Assembly: GCA_951406725.2 (NCBI GenBank)
Contig: OX597819.1
Span: 10,168,001-10,232,000, forward strand
Source: Octopus vulgaris
Lineage: Eukaryota
DNA: 64,000 nucleotides
Direction of reading: 5' to 3'
Shown here: positions 39,611 through 52,419 of the stretch, in pieces
Layout: the number at the start of each line of letters is the position of its first letter
Numbering within the stretch: position 1 is the stretch's first letter
Program-made: the position numbers and the translations under genes
Notes under the pieces: generated by a model
What the model was told of the DNA's origin: nothing
Seen by the model: only the letters and a program-made list of their open reading frames with translations
Databases searched by the model: none

Positions 39611-40507
39611 CAGGGTTGATATGGAACTTAGCAACAACATGGAATTGAGTGAACTAGAACTTTGTGAGCTAAGTGTTTTGGACAGGGCCATCATAATGAT
39701 TGCTAAGATATGAGCAACTGACTTCTCAGCCGGCTGTCTGGTGCCTAACTTTACAATCCATACTTTTTCGTTTTGCAAGGGTTCATAAAATAATAATCCA
39801 GTAATATGCGTAGCAATTTCCTTACTAAGACTGCTCAAAAGAAATCGATATATCCAGATAAATAAGTGAAGTTCCCCACTGATAATTATGTTGTGCTTTC
39901 ATACTATCACTTTTCTAGCAGAGACAAGAAAAACAACACTTATAAATAGTTAAAGTTGTTACATGCATTTGTGTTTCTTCACTGATCAAAGCATTTCTTG
40001 TTAGACAACTTATACAACTTCAGATTCTTGTTTATCACCAAATAATTCACTCACTTCACTTTCCATATACCATTTCTCTCAGCTGCAATTCTCATTGAGT
40101 AGGATTGAAAAAATAAATAGGTCTTAAAAAAAGATAAATAATGAGTTGATGAAAAATATCAAGTAACTAAACTTTTCTAGTTAAGAATGCCAACATAATT
40201 AGTAGCCTTTTAAGAATGAGAGTTAATTGTAGTTGTTTAAACTCAGTTGACCTCTGCTAATATCAGGTGGCAAAATATTATAATCTTTGGTTGTTCATCA
40301 GTTTGTTCTGCTGTATTCACCCCCCCCCCACTCCTGGACATTATTCTTTATAAACCACTTGAACTAAATTACAATTTAAACAGCTGTTTGTGTCCACTCT
40401 CTATAAGGTTTAAATAGGCTAGTTAAATAGTTAACCTCCCTTTACCAGTGGTTTCACTAAGTAACATATTACAGTTTCCTGAGAGTAGCTGCTATGTACT
40501 ATATTAA

Positions 40508-40903
40508 TCTCTTTTCTCTTTTACTTGTTTCAGTCATTTGACTGCGGCCATGCTGGAGCACCGCCTTTAATCGAGCAACTCGACCCCGGGACTTATTCTT
40601 TTGTAAGCCCAGTAGTTATTCTGTCGGTCTCGTTTGCCGAACCGCTAAGTAACGGGGACATAAACACACCAGCATCAGTTGTCAAGCAGTGCTAGGGGAC
40701 AAACACAGACACACAAACACACATATATATATACATATATACGATGGGCTTCTTTCAGTTTCCGTCTACCAAATCCACTCACAAGGCATTGGTCGGCCCG
40801 GGGCTATAGTAGAAGACACTTGCCCAAGGTGCCACGCAGTGGGACTGAACCCGGAACCATGTGGTTGGTTAGCAAGCTACTTACCACACAGCCACTCCTG
40901 CGT
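40508..40903 (-). mobile_element. SINE family A
   Basis: Full-length reverse copy with TSD-like ctatattaat flanks. Confidence 0.9.
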
Positions 40904-42084
40904 CTATATTAATACTCTTTAGGTACATTTTATATTACTCTTTTATTCAATTACCTACTTTAATAAACATTTTAAGAACTAAATTGACATTCATTCTGAA
41001 CTGCTTTTGCTTTGTCTTTTTTTAAAATGTTTGTATGTGAAGGGAGATTTTAGCATTGAGGACTTTTGCAATACTTTGGCAACTTCACTGGTGCCAGTGG
41101 CCTGAGGGAAGCACCCTGTACACAATGTAAAGAGTTTGGCATTGTAGAAACCATGCTAAAGCTGACATTGGAGCTTGCCACAGCCCTGTGGCATATTGTC
41201 AAGCTGTGGAACCTACGCTAGCATGGAAAACGGCTGCTAAATGATCATGATGACATATGTATACGTGAGAGTATGTGTTTATGTCTCCTAGTCCTGACAT
41301 CATGTGACAGCTGTAAATGAGTGTCACTGTCATACAAGCAGCATCATTCATTTCTAATATTCTGTGTAAACATGTCTGGTCTTAGGAAGATATTACTTTG
41401 CTTGGAAACAGGTGAAGGATGGCAACAGGAAGGGCATTCAGGTGTAAAAAAAAAATCTGCTTCAACATATTCATATCTGACCCATACAAGCATAGAAAGG
41501 TGACTTAAATAATGACAGTGACTTTGTCCAAGATCACAAGGTCACTCACTGACTTTAGAAGGGTACTGAATCCTAATCTAATATTCGTACTGTATTGTAA
41601 CAGATAAAGGATATTATTCCTCAGATTAAAATTTTATTGTATTTCTCTTCTATTTTAATGGAATTTACATTGAAAACAAGACTTGCATTATTTTTGGTGC
41701 CACTTTGAGAATACCCTGCCTAAATCTCTGAAGGGTGATAAATGGCAAAAAACTTGGTCGTAATTGAGAGGACGCAGAAAATAAAACTGTTACAGTACTA
41801 CCTTTAAAAAAAAAAAGAAAAGAAAAAAAAAAGACTTTTCTAAGCAATGTCAGTCCATGTTTTTATAAAAGCAACAATCATAGTTACCATGTAGCAAAAG
41901 GAAAATAAAAACTCAATACCAAAAAGTAAAAACAACAATACTCAGCAGTGTTGTGTCAAGATGTGAACTTTCATGGTATACACACACAATTCTCACATGA
42001 CAATGAATATATTTATTTATTTTTACATAAGTTCACACACAAAACCAACCTACCATTCTGAATCGAAGATTGTAAACAATTTAA

Positions 42085-42468
42085 TCTTCTTTATATATAA
42101 AAGTGAAGTTGTATGTCTGTCTCCTACGATTTACATTCCTAACTACTCCCACATTTTGCGGTGCAGTTTAACCAAGTATCTTATAGTCGTGATTCATATC
42201 GAGCCCTTCTGGGTATTAGCGCGCGTCTACGATGAGTCTACGATTTAAAAAAGAATTTACCATCATTTTTTTCCATTTTAATGCATTTTTTTGCTATTAT
42301 ATAAGGGAAGTAACTCTCTAAAAATGTCTACGATGAGTCAACGATTAAAAAAAAAATTTACCATCATTTTTTCCCCATTTTTAATGCATTTTTTTGCTAT
42401 AACTCTCTAAAAATGCTTATATAGTTATTTCTCTTACAAACCCGAACAACGCCGGGCAATACTGCTAG
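42085..42468 (+). mobile_element. Non-autonomous Helitron H1
   Basis: TC...cccgaacaacgccggg...CTAG|t. Confidence 0.85.
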
Positions 42469-43863
42469 TGAATATTAAATCCCATATCTTAAAGGAAAGC
42501 AACAAGAGCAAAATAAAGAATAAACATAGGTGAACAAGTGGTGAAACTACTGATGTCTCTCTTTCCTTTTTGACATGTTCTAAACCACCCCCAAATACTA
42601 ATTTTTAACCCTGAAGGCATTGCAACTAGCTACGTAAATACAGACTTCTCAGTGTAGTTGAAGCAAAGGCATTCAAACAGATACGAGTGTAAAATATTTA
42701 AGAAAACACATACAACAAATAAAAATTAAACAAAGCTAAAAACTATTGATTTAAAACGAGCACCAATGAAAATAATACAACTGTTAGCCTCTAAAATACT
42801 CAGCATAAATACAACTATTGTCATAAAACTTAATATGTAAAGTAAATTTGTGAAATCTTCAAAATACAAATCCGTGCACCCTTTAAGTAGATAAATCTTT
42901 AATCCTTTAAACAAAACAATACTTCAAAATCAACATGTAATTAGTAATATCCATTTAATCCTTTTTTTTTCTTCTTTTATTTCCACTCAATTGTCTTCCA
43001 AATAGAAAAAGGACAAAAAAAAGACGTCTGTGAATTCAGCAACTTATTAAATTATAATTCTAAATCATTAACACAGAATCCTTATAAAACAAAACCAACC
43101 AATCAAAATCACACACACACACACACACACTTTCTCTTTCTAATTTTTAGCATTGTTTGGCTCTTTCTGAAAGTTTGGATGTACGTACGTATGTACATAC
43201 ATACATGGTGGCTGCCCCCTCGTATGAAGCTTAATCAATGTTGTTATTGTGCAATGCTTGTGCAAGAAGATATTTTTTTTAAAGTGAGGAAAGGCTGTGC
43301 ACTGAGTCAATCCCACTCACTAAGCAAAAACAGCCATAATCCGAAAAGAAGAACAAGTCAACATCATTGGTAACCACTGAGCCGCAGGTTTTATGTCGAA
43401 GTTATCCCAGTTACCATCTCCTAGAAGGATGCCCTAACAAAGGCTGGGAGTCCTTCACTCCCAAAGGTTTAACGTCGCAATTAGGTATTCATTCCAATTA
43501 TTTCTATGTCCTCATGCATGATACATCCTTAAGATGTTTATTGGTTGGCTGTTGACTCTCAAGAGTTCCTCCGCCCTTTGACGGGTTTTGTTTTGCATCC
43601 CACAGGGTGTCCAGTAAACACCCTCCTCACCAAGCAAGCTTGGTGACACGACACATCATGTCATGACCTAACCCGACCAACCATACATATATATATATAT
43701 ATACAGTTATTTCTTAATTTTCCTTTTTATCATTCTCAAACTTTGGTTATTAACATTGCCAAGTGTTGAATACAATTTATAGTTGATTGAACTCCCTAGC
43801 ACTAACCACTCAACTGTTAAGTGAGAAGGGTACTTCAGCCCTGACCTTTGGTCAATTAACTAT

Positions 43864-45060
43864 ATGTATATAGTTGGAAAATTGGGAGAATGGCTTCATG
43901 ACTTTCTGAAGGATAGAAGCCAGGTGGTAGTAGCCAATGGGGCCACTTCCATTAACACACAAATAGTGAGCAGTGTTCCGCAAGGCACTGTTTTGGGACC
44001 ACTATTGTTCATAATGGCCCTCTCAGACATGCCCTCAGCCACGCAGAGAGCCACGATCACAAGTTATGCAGATGATACAAAAGTTTCACAGGCAATACAG
44101 AACCCTGAAGACACCATGCACCTGCAATGTGAGCTGGACAAAATATATAAGTGGGCTGAAAAGAATAGCATGCAGTACATTGCTGAAAAGTTTTAAGCTT
44201 TATGCTATCAGCATGCAAAACTAAATGCAATACCCAATAAATACACTGGACCTGGAGGGATTGCAATCCCAGAGGCACAATCAGTGCGAGACCTGGGTAT
44301 TTACATGAGTGATGATGCAACCTTTCATGTGCATGATGCTAAATTGGCAATGAAATGTAGGCAGCTGACCGGATGGATTCTTAGAACCTTTAGAACAAGA
44401 GACCAGGAAACCATAATGGTCCTCTGGAGACACTTGTCCTAAGCCACTTTGACTATTGCTCTCAGCTGTGGTCACCAAACCAGTGTCAAGTTAATCACAG
44501 AACTTGAGGTGATCCAACGAAGCTACATGAAGAAGATAGCCTCTGTGCAGCATATAAGCTACTGGGAAAGACTCAAGAGATTAAGACTCTATTCCTTAGA
44601 GTGTCGGCGAGAAAGATATGCCATAATATACATCTGGAAGATCCTAGAAGGACTTGTCCCAAACTTTGGCATTGAGAGTTACACAAATGCTAGAACTGGG
44701 CGCCACTGCATAGTGCCAAGGACTCCAAATTTGCCATCAAGATGTAGGACAAGATACTGTGATAGCCTGGGCTTCAGAGGCCCACAGCTCTTCAATATCC
44801 TCCCGAAGAACCTGAGAGACCTGCATGGGGTGGATGCAGATGTCTTTAAAATAAAACTGGATCTCTTCCTGTCGGGTGTCCCAGATGAACCAACTTCGCG
44901 GCAGGAAGTGTAGATGAGGGCAGCTGCAGCGAACTCTCTCATGCACCAAATGTCAATTGCTATAAAGCATTCGTGAAGTAAAATCATGTAGCAACACCGA
45001 ATGGCAGTACCCCAGCATGGCCACAGCTCGTGAGCTGACGCTAGATAAAATTAAAATAAA
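43864..45060 (+). mobile_element. 5'-truncated CR1/L2-group LINE (RT C-terminal part and 3' UTR)
   Basis: WLHDFLKDRSQVVV...VPQGTVLGPLLF...SYADDTK...SVRDLG...SYWERLKRLRLYSLE.RRERY, with stops and frameshifts, then an A-rich tail. Confidence 0.9.
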
Positions 45061-46249
45061 AAATATATATACATACATACAAATATATATACATACATAC
45101 ATATACACACACAAATATATACACACACACGCACATATAGGATGGGCTACCAAATCCTCTCACAAGGCTATAGTAGAAGACACTTGCTCAAAGTGCCACA
45201 CAGTGGAACTGAACCCAGAACCATGTGGATTGATTGGGAGACAAGCTTCTTTCCACAGCTATGCTTCTGTCTAGAACAGGCATCGAAAGTAATTAGTAAA
45301 AGCATGGTATAAGTTTTCAGGTCATGCCCACTATTGAATGATGCTTAGACATCATAACCTGCACTGGTCCAGATGATATATGGCAAAGGCTGGTAAGAGT
45401 AAATAGCAAAAAAAAAAAAAACAAAAAAAAGTACTCCACAGAAATAGATGAAGCAAAGACTTTTAGGAACAAATAGCAAAGTTAGTAGCTATTAGTGTTG
45501 GATAGAAACTCAGAGATGCTGCATTGTAGAAGATAAAACAATCATTATGTATTAGAGGAAATGGATGTAACTGACTTCTCACACACAAGAATTCGATAGA
45601 ATTAACTGTTTATTTCTAAAGTAAACAAAGGGTCATAACAATAATTTATATCCAAGAAAAGACAAAAACTTCAATGGAGAGTAGAAACATTTGAGAATTG
45701 GTACAAATGATATTCAAACTCAGATAGAAATTCATTTATTTATTACACACATGTGAGTGAGAACACTGAGATATTTTTGGTATCTAACATATGTCAGATA
45801 CTGCGAGCGCTGCTTCTGATTGGTCAATCCATGGTGATGACCCGAGGTCACGGTGACAGCACTACTTTTGTCATTCATAAGTTACAACTAAACTTCATTC
45901 ATTACTTTCACGAGCAGGTAGAATGTAGCCATGTAATTAAACAAACATACTATCTTTTTTATACCAGATATCACTTAAAGTCATATACATATAAAATATA
46001 AACATTTCTGGTGGTAATTCAATTTTTTGTTGCCAAAAAAATCACAACATATTTCGTCCAGTCATTTCACTTGAAAACTTAGCGCTATAAAGTCGGACTA
46101 TCTTCCTGCGGCATGACATCTTTTACAGTTACACATTGTGATGTCACTGACGTAAAATCAAGCTGTATTCATGCGCGCTTCAACACGATGTGAAGAATTT
46201 AGTTATTGGGTAAATAAAATATGGTCGTTTATTCGTGTGTAATAAATAA

Positions 46250-46393
46250 AATACCAAACTCATTCCCTATGGATACCGTATTTATTACAACTCGTGGCTT
46301 GTAAACGTATCTAACTCGCTTTCGCTCGTTAGATACGTTTACAAGCCACTCGTTGTAATAAATACGGTATCCATAGGGAACTCGTTTGGTATT
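46250..46393. repeat. 144-bp palindrome with regular CTCG internal loops, probably the end of an unclassified element at ~45750-46400
   Basis: Arms pair except at three ACTC(G/A) / ACTCG positions. Apex actcgctttcgctcgt. Confidence 0.8.
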
Positions 46394-47118
46394 CTCTATT
46401 TCTTAACACATCCACACACACATACATACTTTGCCCTGTCTTTTATTCTTAGTTACTTTAAATCACTAAAACCTTCACCTCATTCCTATACTTTATATTA
46501 ATCCAATTGATCACTTTAGTGATTCAATAACTTTTGCTAGCAACAGTGACTCACTCACATCTGACTCAATATTTACAGAAATGATGATGATGATGTTTCT
46601 CTCTCACTTTCTTTTTTTTGTATATTTTTACTTCAGTTAATTGTTTATAGCAGAAAAAGAAAAACAGAAAAAAATTAGTAAACTCAAGAACTAATATAAA
46701 TTTCAATAATTTTTTCCAGTTCTGCTACTAATTAATGATTAAATGTAGACAACACCTGTTTGCCTCATGGCTAGTAGTAAAACAGTTCTGATTTATTTCA
46801 AATCTTTGCTCTACAGTTAGCATTTATTTCAACATTCTTTTTTTTTCTTTCTTTTTCTCTTATTTTACCCTCTTCTATTAGAAAAAAACAATGTTACAGT
46901 AATATTAACAAACTGGTTGCTGTAAGAAGTTCATTCTACATATCATCATCACCAGCATTGTTTTTAATGTCCACTTTTCCATGCTAGCATGGTTAGATGA
47001 TATTTGTTGAGGTAGATTTTCCATGGCCATATGTTCTTGTTCCCAACCCTGACCTATTATGAAACAACGTAATATTTCCCAGTGAACACCAACAGCACAA
47101 TGGCAATGTATGTATATC

Positions 47119-47349
47119 TATTTCTTTATTACCCACAAGGGGCTAAACACAGAGGGGACAAACAAGGACGGACAAACGGATTAAGTCGATTACATCGACC
47201 CCAGTGCGTAACTGGTACTTAATTTATCGATCCCGAAAGGATGAGAGGCAAAGTCGACGTCGGCGGAATTTTAACTCAGAACGTAACGACAGACGAAATA
47301 CCGCTAAGCATTTCGCCCGGCGTGCTAACGGTTCTGCCAGCTCGCTGCC
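47119..47349 (-). mobile_element. SINE family B
   Basis: TSD atggcaatgtatgtatatc. Confidence 0.9.
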
Positions 47350-47589
47350 ATGTATGGCAATGTATGTATATCAGTGACATTTACAATTAGTGCATGGACA
47401 ATTTCAAGACAAGGAAACAAAAAGTCAGGCACACATGCATGCATACAATAGAGCCCTTTAATTTTCTTCTACCACATCTACTCACAAATCCTTGTTGAGT
47501 CAATTTGGTAAACAGAAACTGAAAGTAGCCTGCAGTGTGTGTGTGTGTGAATACTTCTTTCAGTTTCTATCTACCAAAGTTGCATACAC

Positions 47590-47868
47590 GAAGCCAGTGC
47601 CGCCTCGACTGGCTTCCGTGCCGGTGGCACATAAAATGCACCAATCTGACCGTGGCCAATGCCAGCCTCGCCTGGCACCTGTGCAGGTGGCACGTAAAAA
47701 GCACCCACTACACTCACGGAGTGGTTGGCGTTAGGAAGGGCATCCAGCTGTAGAAACATTGCCAGATAAAACCGGAGCCTGGTGCAGCCTTCTGGCTTCC
47801 CAGATCCCCAGTTGAACTGTCCAACCCATGCTAGCATGGAGAACGGACGTTAAATTATGATGATGATG
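47590..47868 (+). mobile_element. Retroposon family D
   Basis: 5'-truncated, (gat)n tail. Confidence 0.8.
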
Positions 47869-48290
47869 ATACACACAGAAACATACAAAATACCTTTTAA
47901 ATCCCACCCCCATGTTAGATGTGTTTTGTCAAGAGTAGATGAGTCTTCTGTAATAGTGAAAAATAGCTAGTTAGTATTATTGTGTCATCTCTTTATTATT
48001 AGAAGAGTAAAGAAAATATTTCATTTGCTTCCCACTTTTTTTTTTATATTGATGACTAACATTTACATCATAAATAAAAGAAAACAACAAATTGAACAGT
48101 CAATTCAACAAAGTACACTAATTTTAACTGAATATACTTGAAATAAACATTTTTCATAGCAGGAGTGGACTGTTTATCCCAAATTAATTTAAAGGGGAAA
48201 GGATATTGTCAATTTCCTTTCAAAGTGTCAAATCTCTCAATACTTGTAACAGTATAACAACTTGAAAATTTCTTAATACAGTGTGTGCAC

Positions 48291-48322
<32 letters not shown>

Positions 48323-48336
48323 TTATGCTTGTGAGT

Positions 48337-48468
48337 TATTTCATCTTCTAAAGGCAAATTCACTACAGTTACCATGGAGAAAAAAAAATTCTCTCTTATA
48401 GTAAAAAGTAAACAACAATTTTTTTCTCCATGGTAATTGCAGTGAATTTGCCTTTAGAAGATGAAATA
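48337..48468. repeat. Inverted repeat/MITE-like, ~52-bp arms
   Basis: tatttcatcttctaaaggcaaattcact...ccatggag is mirrored by ctccatgg...agtgaatttgcctttagaagatgaaata. TA at both ends. Confidence 0.8.
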
Positions 48469-48542
48469 TGTAAATATGTTACAAACATTTTAAATAACCT
48501 AAAGTTCGTTAATTCTTAATCACTGCTTGGCACTGATGCTGT

Positions 48543-48574
<32 letters not shown>

Positions 48575-48783
48575 TGTAAAACAATAGCTGATAAGGCTTG
48601 CTAATCACCCACTTGTACCTGGTAAATGTGTAATTTATTCCTTTGCATACTACGAATATGATTACACTTGCAAAGTTGGAAACAACTGACTACTTTTTCT
48701 GTGACAAAGTAACAAAACCTCAACTTCAAGTGTTACAATGGTGTTGGTGGGGAGATTAATTTGTATAGCTGAGTGATGCAATA

Positions 48784-48899
48784 TCTTTATATATAAAAGA
48801 GAAGTTGTGTGTCTGTCTCCTACGATTTAGATTCCTAACTACTCCCACATTTTGCGGTGCAGTTTAACCAAAACCGGGTATCTTATAGTCGTGATTCAT
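48784..48899 (+). mobile_element. Helitron H1, 5' fragment
   Basis: First ~116 bp of H1, broken off where the hammerhead element begins. Confidence 0.8.
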
Positions 48900-49379
48900 T
48901 ATATATGTTACAAATTAGAACAAACAGTAAAAGGTTTTCATTATAGTACTCAGAGTTTTGAATACTGTCAACTCAACGTGACAGTCCCCTAAGGGAATTA
49001 CATCACCGTCATTTAGCCCTAGGAAACATCGACGTTTCCTGTCGGATTTGACACATTTTCTGTGTCCTTATATTTGCAAAGGGGAGGCAATCACCCCCGC
49101 CAGCTGGGACTAGCACCTGAAGACATATGTTTCTGAGTGTATTGCTTGTCATCAGTCCAGGGTAGTCAGTCTCACTCGCTGAGATGACTGCAACCTCTAT
49201 GCAAATATATCCTATTTTCAGTAAAATTTATTTACTGATCACCAAAATTAGAAATATTGAATTTCTAAATGTCTCAGAGAGAGAGACATGGGCGGTGACG
49301 GAGCGATATAGTGGTTGTATACTGTCAACTCAACAAAAAATGTGTCAAAGCCGACAGGAAACGTCGATGTTTCCTAGGG

Positions 49380-49382
<3 letters not shown>
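48900..49382 (-). mobile_element. Hammerhead-bearing non-autonomous retroelement related to 34122-34739
   Basis: Direct repeat atactgtcaactcaac at 48962 and 49319 (period 357). Inverted pair 49014-49059/49337-49382. Shares the atttagccc-aggaaacatcg and tgtgtccttatattt motifs with the 34 kb and 38 kb elements. Confidence 0.65.
49116..49161 (-). ncRNA. Minimal type I hammerhead ribozyme-like motif
   Basis: Minus strand CCTGGA-CTGATGA-caagcaatacactca-GAAA-C-ATAT-GTC-TTCAGG. Stem I of 6 bp (one G-U), palindromic loop III, canonical GUC triplet. Stem II is decayed. Confidence 0.7.
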
Positions 49383-49439
<57 letters not shown>

Positions 49440-49616
49440 CTTTTTAAAAAGTTTTTTAGCTGCTATTTCTAATGAGTTCAGTATGCGGCAAAGTAATTTA
49501 TTTTACTAAGACCTTTATATAATGTAATAATTTGAATTCGCCTTAAATGGTCCCTTTGCATACTGAACACTTGGTGAAATTGATTAATAATTAATTAATT
49601 TTACCCTCAATTGTTG

Positions 49617-49662
<46 letters not shown>

Positions 49663-49803
49663 TAGGGAAGAACCTCCATGTAGCAATTCAACAATGAAAT
49701 TCTTAAATCATATAATATAGAAAAAAATTAAAAATATGATGAAACGTTTACCTAGAACTAAATAAAGTACGAAATAATAAATAAATAGCATATAATTAGT
49801 AAA

Positions 49804-49888
49804 TAGACTACACATGCTTTGTGGCTATATTTTCAAATTGATAACGATAAAATCAATTCAATTTAAATATAGACACTCATCAGGTCTA
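49804..49888 (-). ncRNA. Degenerate type I hammerhead-like motif with long stem II
   Basis: Minus strand TAGAC-CTGATGA-GTGtCTATATTT...AAATATAGcCAC-aaagcatgt-GTA-GTCTA. Stems I and II pair. The GAAA box is mutated, with most changes explainable as CpG decay. Confidence 0.5.
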
Positions 49889-51443
49889 AGATAAAAACAA
49901 TTAAATAATTAAATAAATGTACGTATATTATCTTATAAGAATATATATATATATAAATATACATAATTTTTACAATAAAAACTGAACAAAATTCAACAAT
50001 ATATCTAAAAATAAAAACATGAAATATCTTATTGAATATATTCTGTTAACTAAATCAAGGACTTAGTGTGTATATAATAAATTTATCTTGTTAAAAACGT
50101 GGTGTAAATAAAACTAGAATAGATATATCTATTTTATCTATGAAAATATATTTTAGCTTATAGAAGAAAAAATAACAAACTATAGTATATCATTACTGGA
50201 AAATTGAAATACAAGTAATTAAAACAAAAAATATATATATGTAATTACATAATATACATTAAGTGAAGCTAAAATACTATAATTTAATCTATATCCATTA
50301 AATTATTTATTTATGTGTTTAATAAACATCTAAGTTTAATCTTATTCTTATTGAGTCGGATTTCACGTATTTTGGGGTCAGTCACCATAGCACAGATGTA
50401 TGAATAATGAAAGTAATGTTTCTCCAAATTTCTCACATGTATTATAATGAAGAAAGCTGCTGATTATCTATCTACCAAATAAACTATGTTTTTTAACTCA
50501 ACAACTTTTTTACAACTAAAATAATGTCAGGAACTAGGTCGGGTCGCACAATTTTGAGTTCATTTTCAGACAATATTTTGATTTGCTTCTAAAGTATCAC
50601 TTTCATCCGATGTTTCACACATGCATAACTCAGATAAACATTTATGAACATGTACACATAAATATTGTATTAAAATAAGCCACAACCAAAAAAAATTATA
50701 TTAAAAGACATCCATTTCTCTATATGCTATGAGGAAATACAGCCTCACTCTCTCTCTCTCTCTCTCACACACAAAAAAGAATCATGCATATATATTTATG
50801 GGCGAAGGTCAAGAATATGTACTTCCAGTGTTTAGGATAAGTGTTACGCTGAAAATGGATGGTGTGTGTATTCTTTACCTCTGCTTATTTATTTGTAGAA
50901 AATTTTTCTGGATGTTATGAGGCAACAAAGTGGGGAGTGTATACATATGTAGTAATGCCCTTTTAATTATACATTTTTTTCAATTCATGTTTATTTCATT
51001 CATTATTTGCAATGTTCTCTCTCTCACTCATGCACACTGCAAAGCTTAAAGATGGGCTGCTGAACTGAAATCTCTATGTTGCTTTGAGGGGAAGGTAAAA
51101 CCTGACAAACCGCTTCTCCCTCTGTTGTTGGACTACTGTGATGTTTGTTTAAAAAAGATTATGACTGTGATAAAATAATGAAAGCAATATTTACTAAGCA
51201 AGTGAGCACTATTATACAAAGAAATAATTAGATGTAAAATATAAAAATTATTTGAATTGAGAATCAAATGTGAAAATATTATGAAGGGGCTCGCAGGAAA
51301 CTGCCCGGAGGGCGGTCTTTCTGCTAGTATATATAATTAACTTTTATAAATATCTTTATGTTATCTATTGAAATAAAGAGAAACCTTAAGCAAACAGACA
51401 TAAAAGATGTTGGCAAGAGAAATGCCTGATAGTAAGAGAAAGC

Positions 51444-51495
51444 AATCTGAACAAAGTGTATTAATAATATATTATTAATACACTTTGTTCAGATT
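51444..51495. repeat. Perfect 52-bp palindrome
   Basis: aatctgaacaaagtgtattaataat-at-attattaatacactttgttcagatt is fully self-complementary. Confidence 0.9.
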
Positions 51496-52419
51496 AATAG
51501 TTTCCAGACACATCCACATAACTATTAGAATCAAATACATGGATAATTACAAAGATTGGAAGTTTTTGAGTAGCTAAATTCAGATTAATCATAATGGATC
51601 TGTTTGTACATATGACCATTCAAAAAGAATGCAAGTAGAGTATATTTTATGATTAAATAAATCGATTAAATAATGAAAAGGTTAGAAATGATAAGAAAAA
51701 TGCTGACCTAAATTATCAGTTATAATATATGACACTGGGGGGGGGGGGGAAATACCCATCTTGCATGTTTAGTGTAAGCAATAATTCTGAATCGGCTGAA
51801 CCAGTGGTTCTCAGCTTCTTCAATATGTAGGCCAGATACAAAAGCTGGCTTAAAAAAAATTTTCTTTTAGTGGGTTCCCCCACCAAGAAAAAAAAAAAAA
51901 AGGAAAACAAGTCAATTAAAGAAAAATTTATAATATTTAGAGGGAAGGATGTTGGGGGTGTATTTGACTTTGGGAACTGTGATTGACAATCACTGCTCCA
52001 GACCCTTGTCAATTACAGGCACCCTCTGCTTTGTGTTACCAACCTGAAAATTTTGCTGCATGTAATATGGAATCCTGTAATGTGAAACCTAATTTCCCAC
52101 TGAATCCCAGAAAATAGGCTTCACATTATGGCGAAATGTTAGGAACATAATGTTTATGTAACATGGAGGATGTCTGTATTTCTCTACAATATTAATATTT
52201 CAAAATTGACATAAACAACAAATGTAAAAATAAAAAAAAGCCCACTACTATTTTGAATATTTCCACATTTACTAAAATAACGAATAAACGTCATCGAGCC
52301 TGAAGCTGCAATTCAAATCCTGAATAATCTTAGATTTATATTATTCTATGGTTGAGAAAAAAAAGAAACTTGTAATAATTTAGACATTGAGACTAGCATC
52401 GAACTGAAGAGAAAAAGTA

